Below are positions 37,781 through 51,405 of a stretch of 64,000 nt of DNA, piece by piece. Location: NCBI RefSeq assembly GCF_006345805.1, contig NC_043008.1, positions 67,952,001 to 68,016,000 on the forward strand, written 5' to 3'. Each line of letters opens with the position of its first letter. Within the stretch, counting starts at the first letter, position 1. Both the position numbers and the translations under genes were made by a program. The stretch comes from Octopus sinensis. Lineage: Eukaryota. The notes beneath the pieces were generated by a model. It did not search any database. It was not told the origin of the DNA and saw nothing but the letters and a program-made list of their open reading frames with translations.

Positions 37781-38235
37781 ATACTTTTTATATGGTGTTA
37801 TAACCCTCTATAAACATTTCTTTAGAACTTTTTTAAAACTTTTAAATCCATCGTTAGGATTTCTCACTGCCACCGATGTATCTTACAACTTTTAATTCTT
37901 AATTCAACGTTTTTAATCTTAAACTTAATATGATTTTTAATTGATATATCATACCTTTTCACATATATTTTCACCTCATGTAATTCTTACTTCTAAATAA
38001 TATATTGATATGTTCCTTGTCTTGCTGTAATTATTGTGTAATATGTATTTATTATGTTGATATAAATCATAACTATATAATTATTATCTACATTTTGTCT
38101 CTTCTTAATCAAGTTATATAATGTCTAGCATCTTGGGTTCAACCTGAACACTTCCAAGCAATTGTGTAAAAAAAACTTTTTCAAAAGAAAAACAATATTT
38201 TATTTATATATGTGTGTGTGTGTGTGTCATTATTA

Positions 38236-38266
<31 letters not shown>

Positions 38267-39329
38267 CGCCGTCATCATCATCATCATCCTCATTATTAGG
38301 ATTAGTGAGTTGGCAGGATTTGTTAGACAATTGAGAAAAGCATTCTGCAGTATCTGTTCCAGTGCTCTACATTTTGAGTTCAAATTTTGCCAGGGTCAAC
38401 TTTGCCTTTCATCCTTGTGGGGGTCAATAAAATAAAATACCAGTCTAGTATTTGATGGGGTCAATGTTATTAACTTAAACCTCACCCCACAAAATTGCTG
38501 GCCTTGCATCTAAATCAGAAAACATAACAGGTCTGCAAGATCATTAGAACATGAGAAAAGATGTCATTCAATATTTCCACTGGCTCTTTATTTTCTGAGT
38601 TTAAATCCAATGTTTGTTTCATCTTTTCATTTAGTTTCAAGCTCCACCTTAAAGCAAATTCCTTTCTATATAAAAACCCCTACCTTTATCAAGATTCATT
38701 CTGCACCAAGCCCCTTTCTACACTAAACTCCATCCCACTCCAAGGTCCATTTTACACCCAGCTTCTATCCCACACTAAATCCCATCCCATCCCCTATTCT
38801 ATATCAAGACATACCAGAAGCTTAGCCCTTTTCCATGTGAAACCTCCAATCCTACAAGACCTCTCCCATACCAAACCTCATCCTACTCTAAGTCCCATCC
38901 CACACCAAGCCCTACCCCTCACCAAAGCCTCCTCCTACACCAAGCTTCCAGCCTATACTAAACCCTACCCTTCATCAAGGACCATCCTTGTTCCATACAA
39001 TTCTCTCTACCAATATATGTGCTGTCATCACCAAACACCCAGTCATGTCTATACTACTATAGAACACTAATAAAAACATCAATCCAGAGCACCACTAGAA
39101 CATATAGAATACCACTAGATAATAACTTGCTAGAAATAGCAACCTAGTCTCAGTCTGGTCTTAAAATAGAAAAGAACATGGAAAATGTATTCTTAGATGC
39201 GTTTCAAAAGATGTGATGGTCATAGCTTGAATGTCTTTGATCATAGGTCTGCTAGATTAGAGCTGACTTGGGACTCAACAACAACAGACAACAGACAAAA
39301 TATGATATTTCCAGACTGTCACCCATACA

Positions 39330-39990
39330 ATGAACCAGTGCATGGCATAGTGCATAGTGGTGTGGTCATACCACTCCAGTATGTTGTGTATAATGTAGTC
39401 ATATACCCTGCTCTATGGTGTTGCATATAGTGTGATCATACACTAGTCTGGAGGTACATGGCCTAGAGGTTAGAGCAGCGGACTCACAGTCAAGGGATCA
39501 TAGTTTCAAATCTCCGACCAAGCGATGTGTGTGTTTATGAGCGAAACACCTAAGCTCCAAGTGGTTCCGGCAAAAGGTAATGGCGAACTTCAGCTGACTC
39601 TTTCGCCACAACTTTCTCTCACTCTTTCCTCCTGCATTTTGCAGCTCACCTGCAATATGGGGAACCTATACGCCAAGGAAACCAGGAAACCGGCCCTTAT
39701 GAGCCAGGCATGGCTCGAGAAGGAACATACACTAGTGTATATACCACTCCATGATGTAGTGTATAGTGTAGTCATACATCAGACTTACCCCTCTCCATGA
39801 TGTTGTGTGTAGTGTGGTCATACACCCCACTCCATGATCTGTATAATGTTGTCATACACCAGATTTATACCACTTCATGATGTAGTGTATAGTGTGATCA
39901 TACTCCCCACACCATGATGTTGTGTATAGTGTGGTCATACACCAAATTTATACCACTCTGTGGTGTAATGTATAGTGTGGTCATACCAAA
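39330..39990. repeat. Degenerate ~40-bp minisatellite (CATGATGTAGTGTATAGTGTGGTCATACACC...) containing a family D SINE (39448-39725)
   Basis: Repeat units visible on both sides of the SINE; 11-bp TSD CATACACTAGT at 39437-39447 and 39726-39736. Confidence 0.85.
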
Positions 39991-40030
39991 TTTATGCCAC
40001 TCTATGGTGTGAAGGAGGTCATACATAACA

Positions 40031-40255
40031 GAGCTGGCAGAATCGTTAGCACACCAGGCGAAATGCTTAGCGGTATTTCGTCTGCTGTTACATTCTGAGT
40101 TCAAACTCCGCCAAGGTTGACTTTGCCTTTCATCCTTTCGGGGTAGATTAAATAAGTACCAGTTACGCACTGGGGTCGATGTAATCGACTGAAACCCTTT
40201 GTCTGAGCTTGTTTGTCCCCTCTATGTTTAGCTCCCTCTGGGCAATAAAGAAGTA
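40031..40255 (+). mobile_element. SINE family B, young copy
   Basis: Near-consensus with most CpGs intact. Confidence 0.85.
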
Positions 40256-40804
40256 AAAAATTATTGAATATCTGGAGTGTTAAATCTATGAATCACTTAG
40301 TCCTTTTGACCAGTTAGGTTTGTGCCAGAGTGACCAGTAACCTTGAGCCCATGCCTTTGATCAGGCAGGGCTGACCAAGAGACAGGTAGGTTACACAATA
40401 ACAAGAACAAGAAACTTATTGATAAACTCAGAACAAACCTACACAAAACTCTGAAGAATTACACCCTGCCTCTATCTCTCTCTCCCTCTTCTTTTCTCTC
40501 TCTCCTTTCCTTGTTCTCCATGCTTCCAGCTGATGTTTAACTCCCATGGAATGTGTGTTATCTAATGATAACAGGTTCTAATCTATATACTGACTTCATT
40601 GTGGAATGCGTTCAGTAAAGATTCAGCCAAAACAAAGGAGCTATGGAAATATTTCTGCTGCATAAATCATTAAATGAATATTTTACCTTATTCAAACATA
40701 TTCCAGCATTCCTTAACACTTCACTTCCTCTCCTTTTCTCCACATTTCCCCTCACACAACCTGTTACTATGTTATTGTAGCTCTTACACACATACACATA
40801 TAAA

Positions 40805-40875
<71 letters not shown>

Positions 40876-41004
40876 CTTATATTTGGAATGTTATGGCCAC
40901 TGACTGACTGACTCCAAACAGCAACTAGCCCAACAACTGCATGCACCCCCACACACACATACTCACCTGCATTGATGCATACATACATGTGTGTGTGAGT
41001 GTAT

Positions 41005-41450
41005 ATATATTATATATATGTACTCTTTTCCAAGTTTCAATCATTTGATTGTGACCATGCTGAAGACCTGCCTTAAAGGGTTTTAGTCAAACAAATCGAT
41101 TCCCAGGATTTTTTCTTTGTAAGCATAGTACTTATTCTATCACTCTCTTTTGCTGAACTGCTAAGTTATGGGGACATAAACATACCAACATTGGCTGTCA
41201 AGTAATATGGGGGGGGGGGGCAAACACAGACACAAAGATGCATACACATATATATACATATATACATACATCTTTATATTTATATATGAATGGCTTCTGA
41301 AAGTTTCTGTCTGCCAAATCCACTCACAAAAGTTTGGTCAGGCCAAGGCTATAGTAGAAGACACTTGCCCAAGGTGCCACACAGTTAGACTGAACCCAGA
41401 ACCATGTGGTCAGGAAGCAAGCTTCTTACCATATAGCCACAACTGTGCTT
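41005..41450 (-). mobile_element. SINE family A, CpG-decayed copy
   Basis: Family A similarity with systematic CG>TG/CA changes. Confidence 0.85.
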
Positions 41451-41548
41451 GATATATATATATATGCTGTCCAACCCAGCATGGAAAGTGTATATTAAAC
41501 GACAACGATGAGGATGATGATGATAATCATACACAAACACACACACAC

Positions 41549-42050
41549 ACGAGAGGGTGATGAAATGTTCCTGGCTTTGGGTAAAAAAAAATACAGGAGG
41601 ATCAGTTAATTATGATTTTATTCAATACTAGCAGTATCGCCCGGCGTTGCTCGGGTTTGTAAGGGAAAAAACTATATAAGCATTTTTAGAGAGTTATTTC
41701 CCTTATATAATAGCAAAAAATTGCATTAAAAATGGGAAAATATTATGGTAAATTTTTTTTAATCGTAAACTCATCGTAGACAAGCGCTAATACCCAGAAG
41801 GGCTCGATATGAATCACGACTATAAGATACCCACTTTTGGTTACACTGCACCGCAAAATGTGGGAGTAGTTAGGAATCTAAATCATAGGAGACAGACACA
41901 CAACCTTACTTTTATATATAAAGATATTCCCCTCTTAAATTCACACACTTATTGCAGCGGTCCTTCAGTTTTTCTAAGCCCTGCAAAAGAACTCAGAAGG
42001 TTGGGCCTCCAAGCAGGCCTTTTGCCATGAACTTTTCAGTTTCCCCTTGT
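41549..42050. mobile_element. mariner-type MITE interrupted by a Helitron
   Basis: TIRs ACGAGAGGGTGATGAAATGTTCCTGGC / GCCATGAACTTTTCAGTTTCCCCTTGT. Confidence 0.7.
41628..41924 (-). mobile_element. Non-autonomous Helitron
   Basis: Minus strand 5' TCTTTATATATAAAAG...GTCTGTC, subterminal hairpin CCCGAGCAACGCCGGG (41640-41655), 3' CTAG. Inserted between A and T with no TSD. Confidence 0.85.
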
Positions 42051-42131
42051 ATATATATATACATATATAAATATATATATATATAAGTGAAAGAATGGAG
42101 TTGAACGAAGATTTTAACAAAATTCCTTTAT

Positions 42132-42211
42132 TCTCGACATATGTTTCAAGACTGCATATTCTTAATTCCGAAGGAATAAAGGGTGCATTACGCCGCCTTC
42201 TCATCAGGAAA
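42132..42211 (-). ncRNA. Type-I hammerhead ribozyme motif with canonical core, in a (TA)n-flanked element (~42086-42480)
   Basis: UUUC-CUGAUGA-G-AAGGC.G.GCGUA...UAUGC.A.GUCUU-GAAA-CAUAU-GUC-GAGA; palindromic ACAUAUGU helix III; GUC triplet. Confidence 0.7.
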
Positions 42212-42545
42212 GACAAGGAACCTATGTCAGCATCAGGACGAACAAAAACTTTTAGATGACTTCCCACATGGAGTCCACAGTGATAATGAGTGTTTCTTTA
42301 AAATATTCCATTATAAGCAGTGACGTCAAAATTGGTTGGATGGAGAATGTTCCAAAAAGTTCAAGAGTTCAAAAATGGTTGGAAGGAGAAAGTTCTAAGA
42401 ATAGGAAGGGGACAGAGTGCAAGTCGTATGTATGGGGATACGTGGTTGTTTGTTTTTGTTAATGAGTTTGAGTGTCTATGCGTGTGTATGTATATAACTG
42501 CATTCGTGTCTGTGTGTGTGTAATATATATATATATATGTGTGTG

Positions 42546-42577
<32 letters not shown>

Positions 42578-44147
42578 TATAAATTTATATAAATAAGGTT
42601 AAGATCGATATTTTAATACCAATTTTATCAGGTGCCAGCATGGGAATAAAAACTTTCAAAGGTAATAGTTATTATTAATATTATAATTTAGGGTATCTAA
42701 GAGATACCACCAATCTGGAAATAGCAGCCAAAACTTGACTCTAAAACCACATTAAATGTTCATATATATATATCAAATTCATTTATAAAACTTTGGCCTT
42801 CCCAAAAGCATAGTGTAAGACATTTGCCCACAGTACGTACTGTGGGATTGAACCCTAAACTTCTTAACCACACAGCCATACCTGCACCTGTTATATTGTG
42901 TAAAATAAAAATGGCAAAAATATAGCCTCTTGCCTTGTTAACTCCATTTCATTTTGTGGTGAGTGAGGGTATGTGGCTTAGTGATTAGGATCATAAGGTC
43001 ATGTGTTCAATCCCTGGCGGAACATGGTGTCCTTCAGCAAGTCATTTTATTTCATGTTGCTCCACTCCACTCAGATGGCAAAAATGGGTCTTATCTGTAA
43101 TTCAAATGGCCAGCCTTGTCGGACTCCATGTCATGCTGAATCTCCCTGAGAACTACGTTAAAGGTACACGTGTCTGTGGAGTGCTCAGCCACTTGCACAT
43201 TAAGTTCACAAGCAGGGAGTTCTGTTGAACTAATCTGTTAGAACACTCATCATTGTAACCAACAAAGTGCCAGAAGAAAGGAAGGAGAATGTATATTCCG
43301 TAGTGGAATCAGGGCTGGGGTGAGTCATCAGGATGTTTAACTGACAGCCAGAGTGAGTGGGGTGGTCAGCTATTCTTGCTAACAGTCCTGTACTGTATAC
43401 GTTAATCTCTGCCTCTTGTTAGCTCAGTCTGCATAGGTGCCATGTATAGGTGAAGTGCAGTTGACCTCTGTAAGCTCAGCACATAGAGAAATTGAAGTTG
43501 GGATATTCATGCCTTTCATATAAAATAATTATTGAATCCAGTAAAACAGCTACTTTGGCTGGGTACTGAACTTGAGTTGCTGAATCAGTTTGTTGGTAAC
43601 TTTCACTGCTAAAACTACAATAATCATTACAACACACATACACACACACTTAATAAACCTCTGTTTTTGTTTAGCCCCAGGTCAACCCTGCTTAGATAGA
43701 CCTGTGATGAAGGGCGTTGAGGCATAACTATCTTATTTTGTACATTAAGGACATTTCCCTTATGCCATTTCTTGCTTATGACAATAGAGCGTGGTTTGCA
43801 AAAGGTTCTGGCTGCTACCTTTCATTACTCCAATGATGACCATTCATTAAAAAGGTCCTGCCTTAAAGGAATAATGTAATAATTCATATCTGGTAGGAGC
43901 TAACACTTTGAAATTATTTTTTTTTTTAATTACCTAAATAATACAGCTTTAATTTTTTTTAACTTACATTAATTATCTCCCTTGAATACAAAATCTAGTA
44001 TCACACTCTCTTGAACTGGTAGTCCATTCATGTAAACAGCAAACATGACTTCCTAAATGTGCTTCTCTGCAAATGTTGAGAAAATAGGATATTGTAGGAG
44101 ATATGTGAGCTTTATTGATAATGCCATTGTCATTTCAGGTGACCTGA

Positions 44148-44261
<114 letters not shown>

Positions 44262-45047
44262 TAAGTGAATTGCATATTCTTTATCTGTCATATTTTGTTT
44301 TATACTACTTCTGTCAATACTACTGCTAACAACAGCCAACTGCCACCCTAAAAAATATCATTATGCTTCAAATTTCAACCACAATTAAAAGACCATCTAT
44401 AAGAAAAGTGATAGATATTTTTACTTGTGACATGTCACGGGTGAATCCAAAGACCCAGTAATCAACAACACAATATCATTAAGAAAAATATTCAAAATAA
44501 CATTACTTCAGTTGAATTGTTAAATACACACACAAGCATATATTTGTCAAACTGATGCAAATCCACAAATTTGTCAGAGTGCAACAGTTATTTGAATTAA
44601 TTCTGCTTATGTTACTGGTATTTTAATAATTCCAGAAGAAAAAAAGTTTTAGGTTGACGTCAATGAGAATTGAACTCCCAACATAAAGAGAAGAAATAAA
44701 ACACTGAGTAAAATATATATGCTGTATTTTTCTGGAATATATAGTATATATAATATATAGCAGGTCAATATAGTATATCGTGTAAACATGTACTCTTTCC
44801 AAATCCTGTTGCATTTTACATGGAATTTTTGGTACTCCAAAGTTTTATCTTGGTATATAAGTCAACCCACATATTTTAAGCTGCAAATTTTGGTCTGAAA
44901 TATTCAACTTGTATGCCATAAATTATGGTATCTGTTACATTTCTAACACAATCTCCCCATCTTTATATTCCTTTTTTCATTTTTTTTTTCTTTCTTACTT
45001 TGTGGCATTTGGCTACACTGACCTGAATTCTACTGAAATCTTTGCAG

Positions 45048-45183
45048 AGATGAATTGGAACCAGAAGAATATCAAGAGACCAAGGATGAGACTTTGGATC
45101 AATTAAAAGAATTTAAACATTCTCTCGACAAACTGTTGCAAGGCAATTTAAGTCTTGTTGATGAATTAAATGGCATGCAGTTG
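45048..45183 (+). CDS. LZIC: LZIC coding exon 2 (K-DELEPEEYQETKDETLDQLKEFKHSLDKLLQGNLSLVDELNGMQL)
   Basis: Acceptor tttgcag|, donor TTG|gtgagt; 136 nt completes the phase-2 codon and ends in phase 0. Matches the LZIC coiled-coil region. Confidence 0.95.
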
Positions 45184-45569
45184 GTGAGTAGTTTTACTGT
45201 GCTGAAAGGTTATTGGTAAACAATTTGTATGACAATGGTGAGTGACATTCTAAACTGTAACCTGTAATTGGTAGATAGGACAGCTAACTTGCTACCTAGC
45301 TGGTTGGAGAAATAGCCAGATTGGTAGATAGATTGTTGGATAATTAATTGACTTAGTTGTCATGTAGCTAATTAACTGGTTATCTTGCTAGCTGGACAGA
45401 TTGCCAGATTGGTAGTTAGGTTGTTAGATAGCTAATTGATTAGGTTATGTAGTTAACTAACAGGTGATTAACTTGCTGAACAAATCACCAAATAGGTAGA
45501 TTGTTTGGTAACAAATTGATTCAGTTGTTAATTAATTAATTAATTGGCTATCTAACTAACTGCCCGATT

Positions 45570-45602
<33 letters not shown>

Positions 45603-45977
45603 AGTAACAAATTGATTAGGTTGTTCTACAGTTATGTATCAGGCTATCTAGCTAGCTGCACAGATAGCCAGATTGTTAGGTAAAAAATTAATTAGGTTGT
45701 TAAAGTTAATTAATTGGCTGTCTAGCTCCTGAACAGATATGAGATAGATAGATAGTCAGCTAGCCAGATAGACAGTTAGGTTGTTATGTAACCCAGGAAG
45801 ACATGGGCAAAAATATATGATCTGGAGATGTTAAACCATGCAAAGAAGATTGCAAAGAAATGTAAGTGATGAGGCATTATGTTAAAGAGGAGCCTTCAAA
45901 CTCATGCAAACATGGTAAAACAGGCATAAAATAACAATAATGATAGTAATGGAGTTAATAATGGTTAATTTATTATC

Positions 45978-46557
45978 AGGCATGGGTGTGTGGTAAGAAG
46001 CTTGCTTCCCAACTGCATGGTTCTGGGTTCAGCCCCACTGTGTTGTAACTTGGGCATCTTCTACTATAGCTTTGGTCTAATGAAAATTTTGTGAGTTGAT
46101 TTGGTAGACAGAAACTGAAAGAAGCCCATCGTGTATATGTATGTATGTGTGTGTGTATGTATATATATATATATTACTCTTTTACTTGTTTCGGTCATTT
46201 GACAGTGGCCATGCTGGAGCACTGCCTTTAGTCAAGCAAATCAACCCTAGGACTTATTCTTTGTAAGCCTAGTACTTATTATAGCGGTCTCTTTTCCCAA
46301 ACCGCTAAGTTTCGGGGACATAAACACACCAGCATCGGTTGTCAAGCGATGTTGGGGCAGACAAACAGAGACACACAAACATACACATACATATATACGA
46401 CAGGCTTCTTTCAGTTTCCGTCTACCAAATCCACTCACAAGGCTTTGGTCGGCCTAGGCTATAGTAGAAAACACTTGTCCAAGGTGCCACGCAGTGGGAC
46501 TGAACCTGGAACCATGTGGTTGGTAAGCAAGCTACTTACCACACAGCTACTCCTACA

Positions 46558-46593
<36 letters not shown>

Positions 46594-46950
46594 CACTTTT
46601 ATAGCTTTTCTTTCCCTTGTGGAATGATCCCCTTTAATGACTTTGGAGTCTAAGTTTGAATCTTTTGAGCATTACTGTCTTCTATACAGAGAATATCTAG
46701 ATCTCATCTGTGAACTATATATGTGTGTATGTGTCTTTATGTCAGTGTTTGTCCCCCACCACTACTTGACAACCAGTGTTGGTGTGTTTACATCCCCATA
46801 ACTTTGCAGCTCAGCAAAGAAACTGTAGTATAAGTACCAGGTTTAAAGGAAAATAAGTACTGGTGTCAATTCATTTGACTAAAATTGCTTCAAGGCAGTG
46901 CCCCAGCATGGCCGCAATATAATGACTAAAACAAGTAAATGATAAAAGAA
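45978..46950. mobile_element. Sense family A SINE split at its central microsatellite by an antisense family A copy (46177-46560)
   Basis: 5' half at 45978-46140 (+), full copy at 46177-46560 (-), 3' half at ~46725-46950 (+). Confidence 0.75.
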
Positions 46951-47787
46951 TATATTAATATCATCGCCTTACTGGTGGCATGTGAAAAAAAAACATTTGA
47001 GCGAGGTTGTTACCAGTGCCACTGGACTGGCTCTTGTGCAGGTGGCACATAAAAAACACCATTTTCAAGCATGGCCGTTGCCAGTACCACCTGACTGGCT
47101 CTTGTGCCGATGGCATGTAAAAGCACCCACTACACTCTCGGAGTGGTTGGCGTTAGGAAGGGCATCCAGCGGTAGAAACTCTGCCAGATCAAGATTGGAG
47201 CCTGGTGCAGCCATCTGGTTCGCCAGTCCTCGGTCAAATCAGCCAACCCATGCTAGCATGGAAAGCAGACGTTAAATGATGATGATGAAATGTTATTCTG
47301 TGCTATATTTACATTATTGTATTGAAATCAATATTACTTCTATATTATACTAAAATCAATTCTATGTAATATTGATTTATACTGAATATAAATATTTATA
47401 AATATATCATAGGCACAAGTGTGGTTGTGTGGTAAGATGTTTTCTTCTCAAGCACATAGTTTCAGGTTCAGTCCCATTATATGGCACTTTGAGCAAGTTC
47501 TGCTATAGCCGCAGGTTGGCCAAAGCGTCTTGAGTGGATTTGATAAAGGGAAACTGAAAGTAGCTCTTTGTATTTATATGTGTGTATGTCTGTGTTCGTC
47601 CCCACTCTTATTTGACAACCAGTATTGGTTTGTTTATGTTACCTCATTACTTAGCAATTCAGCAGTAGAAACCATTAGAATAAGTATGACTTAAAAATAT
47701 AAAATAAGTCCTGGGATCCATTTGTTTCACTAAAACCTTCAAGGGGATGCCCAAACATGGAAGCAATCCAGTGAATGAAACAAGTAA

Positions 47788-48018
<231 letters not shown>

Positions 48019-48047
48019 TAGACTTTTGTTTAATTTTGATATTCTAT

Positions 48048-48104
<57 letters not shown>

Positions 48105-48311
48105 AAACTTGTGGTTTTATCTCTCTAATTTATATTTATATTTTATATATATATATATATATGCACACACACATAACTATTTCTTTGATAATGTGATTAT
48201 ATGCTAGTAAAACTGCACATATTCCTTTCCCATTTTTTTGTGCTCTCTGTAATCCTTCATGGAACCAACCACTTCCCAGTCCACCCATCTCACACTCACA
48301 ACATCATACCT

Positions 48312-48522
48312 ATTTCTTTACTACCCACAAGGGGCTAAACGCAGAGAGGACAAACAAAGACAGACAGACGGATTAAGTCGATTATATCAACCCCAGTGCG
48401 TAACTGGTACTTAATTTATCGACCCCGAAAGGATGAAAGGCAAAGTCGACCTCGGCAGAATTTGAACTCACAACGTTGCGACAGACGAAATACCGCTAAG
48501 CATTTCGCCCGGCGTGCTAACG
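48312..48522 (-). mobile_element. 5'-truncated young family B SINE in LZIC intron 3
   Basis: CpG-intact; 8-bp TSD TCATACCT at 48304-48311 and 48523-48530. Confidence 0.85.
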
Positions 48523-48896
48523 TCATACCTTACCACTATATGTCCACTGAACACCCCTTTTCTCTTGAACATTCTCTTATCTCTGCCATTGTTGTCACTG
48601 TTTATAACTTACTATATCCATCCTTATAAACATCTGATCTGTTTCTATCACAATGCATCTTCTCTTGCCCCTACACTTCACCCCACCCCATTTCTCATCT
48701 ATCTTACAGTTTAATTATACTATTGTCCTTCATTACCACCTATTCCCTTCTCCTCCATGACCAACTATTTTCTTTATATTCCCCCAAACTGAGATTCACC
48801 ATCACCCACACCTCCATCCATGTCCACCATTCACTGCCTTCACTTTGATCCTCATCTCTACTGTTTATCACTCTTCTTTCAAACTCCCAAAAATAT

Positions 48897-49240
48897 GCTG
48901 GCATGGCTGTGTGGTAAGAAGCTTGCTTCCCAACCACATGGTTCCAGGTTCAGTCCCACTACATGAAACCTAGGGTAGGTGTCTTCTACTTATAGCCTTG
49001 GGCTGACCAAAGCCTTGTCAGTGGATTTCATAGACAGAAACTGAAAGAAGCTTGTGTGTGTTTGTGCTTGTCCCCCATCACCACTTGACAACCAGTGCTG
49101 GTGTGTTTACATACCTGTAACTTAACTGGCAAAAGAGACCAGTAGAATAAGTCCTGAGGTCACTTTGTTCGACTGGGGGTCAATTTGTTCGACAAAGCTT
49201 TAGCATGGCCGCAGTCAAATGACTAAAACAAGTAAAAAGA
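48897..49240 (+). mobile_element. SINE family A in LZIC intron 3
   Basis: Family A similarity. Confidence 0.8.
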
Positions 49241-50333
49241 AAAAAAAAAGGAACCTACTCAACCAGCCATCCTCAATTCTCTGCCTCTGTTCTCTCTCTA
49301 TCCACCTTCTTGTATTTTGTGGGTATGCCATGGTACTTAACCATCTTTTCTCCCTGCCTTGCTTTGGTGCCATGTATCTCCTCTACAGCATGACACCTGT
49401 TCCTGTCCATTTTCTCTACTTTACCCTTGCAACATCTGACACAAAGCCACCTTTCTCAATACTGCACTTCAACTTTATCAAAGAGTCTTGTCTTGTGAGT
49501 TACTTTGCAACCCCAGTAGTGTGTATACTATGAAAAAGAAGCCAGTACACAGTGTAAAGTGGTTGGTGTTTGGAAGGGCATCCAGCCATCAGAACATTGC
49601 CTAAGCAGACACTTTGCCTAAGCAGCCTTTGGGCAATTTGTTTCACTCTTGTCAAATGAATGAAAATTTTGAATGGTTGGTTAATAGAAGCTTCTAGAAG
49701 ACAATAGGGATGAAATATTCGGAGCTGTGGGTTTTTCATTTCAAAATGCAATAGAATTATTTGTACATTGAGAAAGAAATGTTAATTGTGTGTGTCTGTG
49801 TCTGTGTGTGTGCGTGTGTGTAAAAGGGTAAAAACCCACTATGGTCATGAATGACCATGGGATTGCACCTAGAAAGTTCCCCTCCAAGGAAAGAAAAAAT
49901 ATGAATTCTGTAGACAAGGTCAGAACAGTACTGGAGGAGTATTTTTCATCACAGACAAGTGAATTTTGGAAGAGCATTGTAGAAAATGAAGGAGTGTATA
50001 TTTTAGATTAAATAAGAATTTTGTTTATCTTAATTTTGAAAAATAAAAGAAGTATAATTAAACCTCATTATTTATGGGATGATCCAATATCTTTTAACAG
50101 CTAAAATACCCCACTTCCACACAGCTGCATACTCATCTATAAATATATAACTTTGTAATTAGTTGTATGTAATTGTGCAAGTAGAAGGATTGTTTCAGAT
50201 TTGAAATACCAAAGATTAGTTACAGCAGAAAAATAAAATTCTCTAAAACAGAGCACGCTAGCCTTCACTTCAGTTTTTGAGAAAACTGTTTAACTGTGAT
50301 CTATGAAAAATCTTTAGTAAAAAAAGCTACAAA

Positions 50334-50700
50334 TCTATTATATAAAATCTGTTCTGTCTGTCTGTGTGTGTGTCTTCTAGGATCTCAGGCATTCTCCATC
50401 CGATTGCGCTCAAATTTGATATGTAGATACCGACGGTATCAGGACATGTATAAGTCTTGAAAAAATTACAAAAATCGATTCCAGGTGAGAATGCGATCAA
50501 TAAAGCCATGGGAACATGCATTTGTACATGCAAGTACATCAGCTGTTGCAACTGATACTATGCATACATGAGAAAAATGCATGTGCAGTTTGCACAAAAA
50601 AAGTCGGCTGGCTTGAGATAATGCCACAAAATGGGACAGTCGGACAAGTTGTTTTGAGAAAATTTGGTTTAAATGTTTGACAACTCAGCACCATCCATTG
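50334..50700 (+). mobile_element. Probable Helitron-like fragment (5' end only)
   Basis: A|TCTATTATATAAAATCTGTTCTGTCTGTCTG start resembles the other Helitrons. No 3' CTAG found. Confidence 0.4.
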
Positions 50701-51227
50701 GACGGGGGGGTGGGGGTGCTCGTTATTGAATAATTGTCTAACTATTGGTCAAATGTATAACTATTGGTTGGTTGTGTCACCAACTGTTCATTGTATAACC
50801 ATTGGGTAGTTGTCTTGTCATTAGTTAGTTTTCTACTATTACAGTTGAGTAACCATTGGTCAATCATCTAAATACTGGTGAGATATCTTACTGGTTAGTT
50901 GCAGAAACATTGATTCTGTTCTTGAAACACTGGTCTCTGGTTCAAACCCTTTGATATGAACCTGTCTGAGACCATCCCTGATTTGATGATACAAACTTTG
51001 TGTTTTCAAGTAATCTAAATTAAAACCTTCCCTCAAAATTTCAGGTTAATTTATTTTTCAAACACTAGATCAAAAATATAACCAAATTTTGCTAAATTTT
51101 TCATCATGTCCAAAATTAACTGAAACTAAATCACTATTGTTCTCTAACTTTTGCTCTGACATCTAAGTAGTGATCAGTTGTTTATATTTGCTTTTTTTTT
51201 TTGTTTATTTTCTTTTCTTTGAGATAG

Positions 51228-51405
51228 ATTCAACGCGATGCTAAAATTGGTAAAATACCTGCTGACCAAGCCAAACAACAGACTGTGGAGATTCTGACAG
51301 CATTGAAGAATCTGGGAGAGGAACTAACATCCGATGAATCATTTTATTTACAGAGTAATTCGAGTGCCTCAATGAAACAGTTTGAGGAAGTTGCCATGAC
51401 GATGG
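51228..51405 (+). CDS. LZIC: LZIC coding exon 4 (IQRDAKIGKIPADQAKQQTVEILTALKNLGEELTSDESFYLQSNSSASMKQFEEVAMTM + 1 nt), ICAT-like domain
   Basis: Long polypyrimidine tract then tag|. Aligns without gaps to the recalled vertebrate segment [34 protein letters not shown]. The 3' boundary is inferred at G|gcaagt (GC donor). Confidence 0.9.

Noticed and set aside
38561-39070. 169-aa ORF, the longest in the window
   Set aside because: Arises from a degenerate C/A-rich ~16-bp repeat; low-complexity P/T/K/H composition with no recognisable domain or splice context.
39330-39990. Regularly spaced repeats superficially like a CRISPR array (also 53509-53890 and 33360-33540)
   Set aside because: Degenerate head-to-tail tandem units without unique spacers, in eukaryotic DNA with no cas genes.
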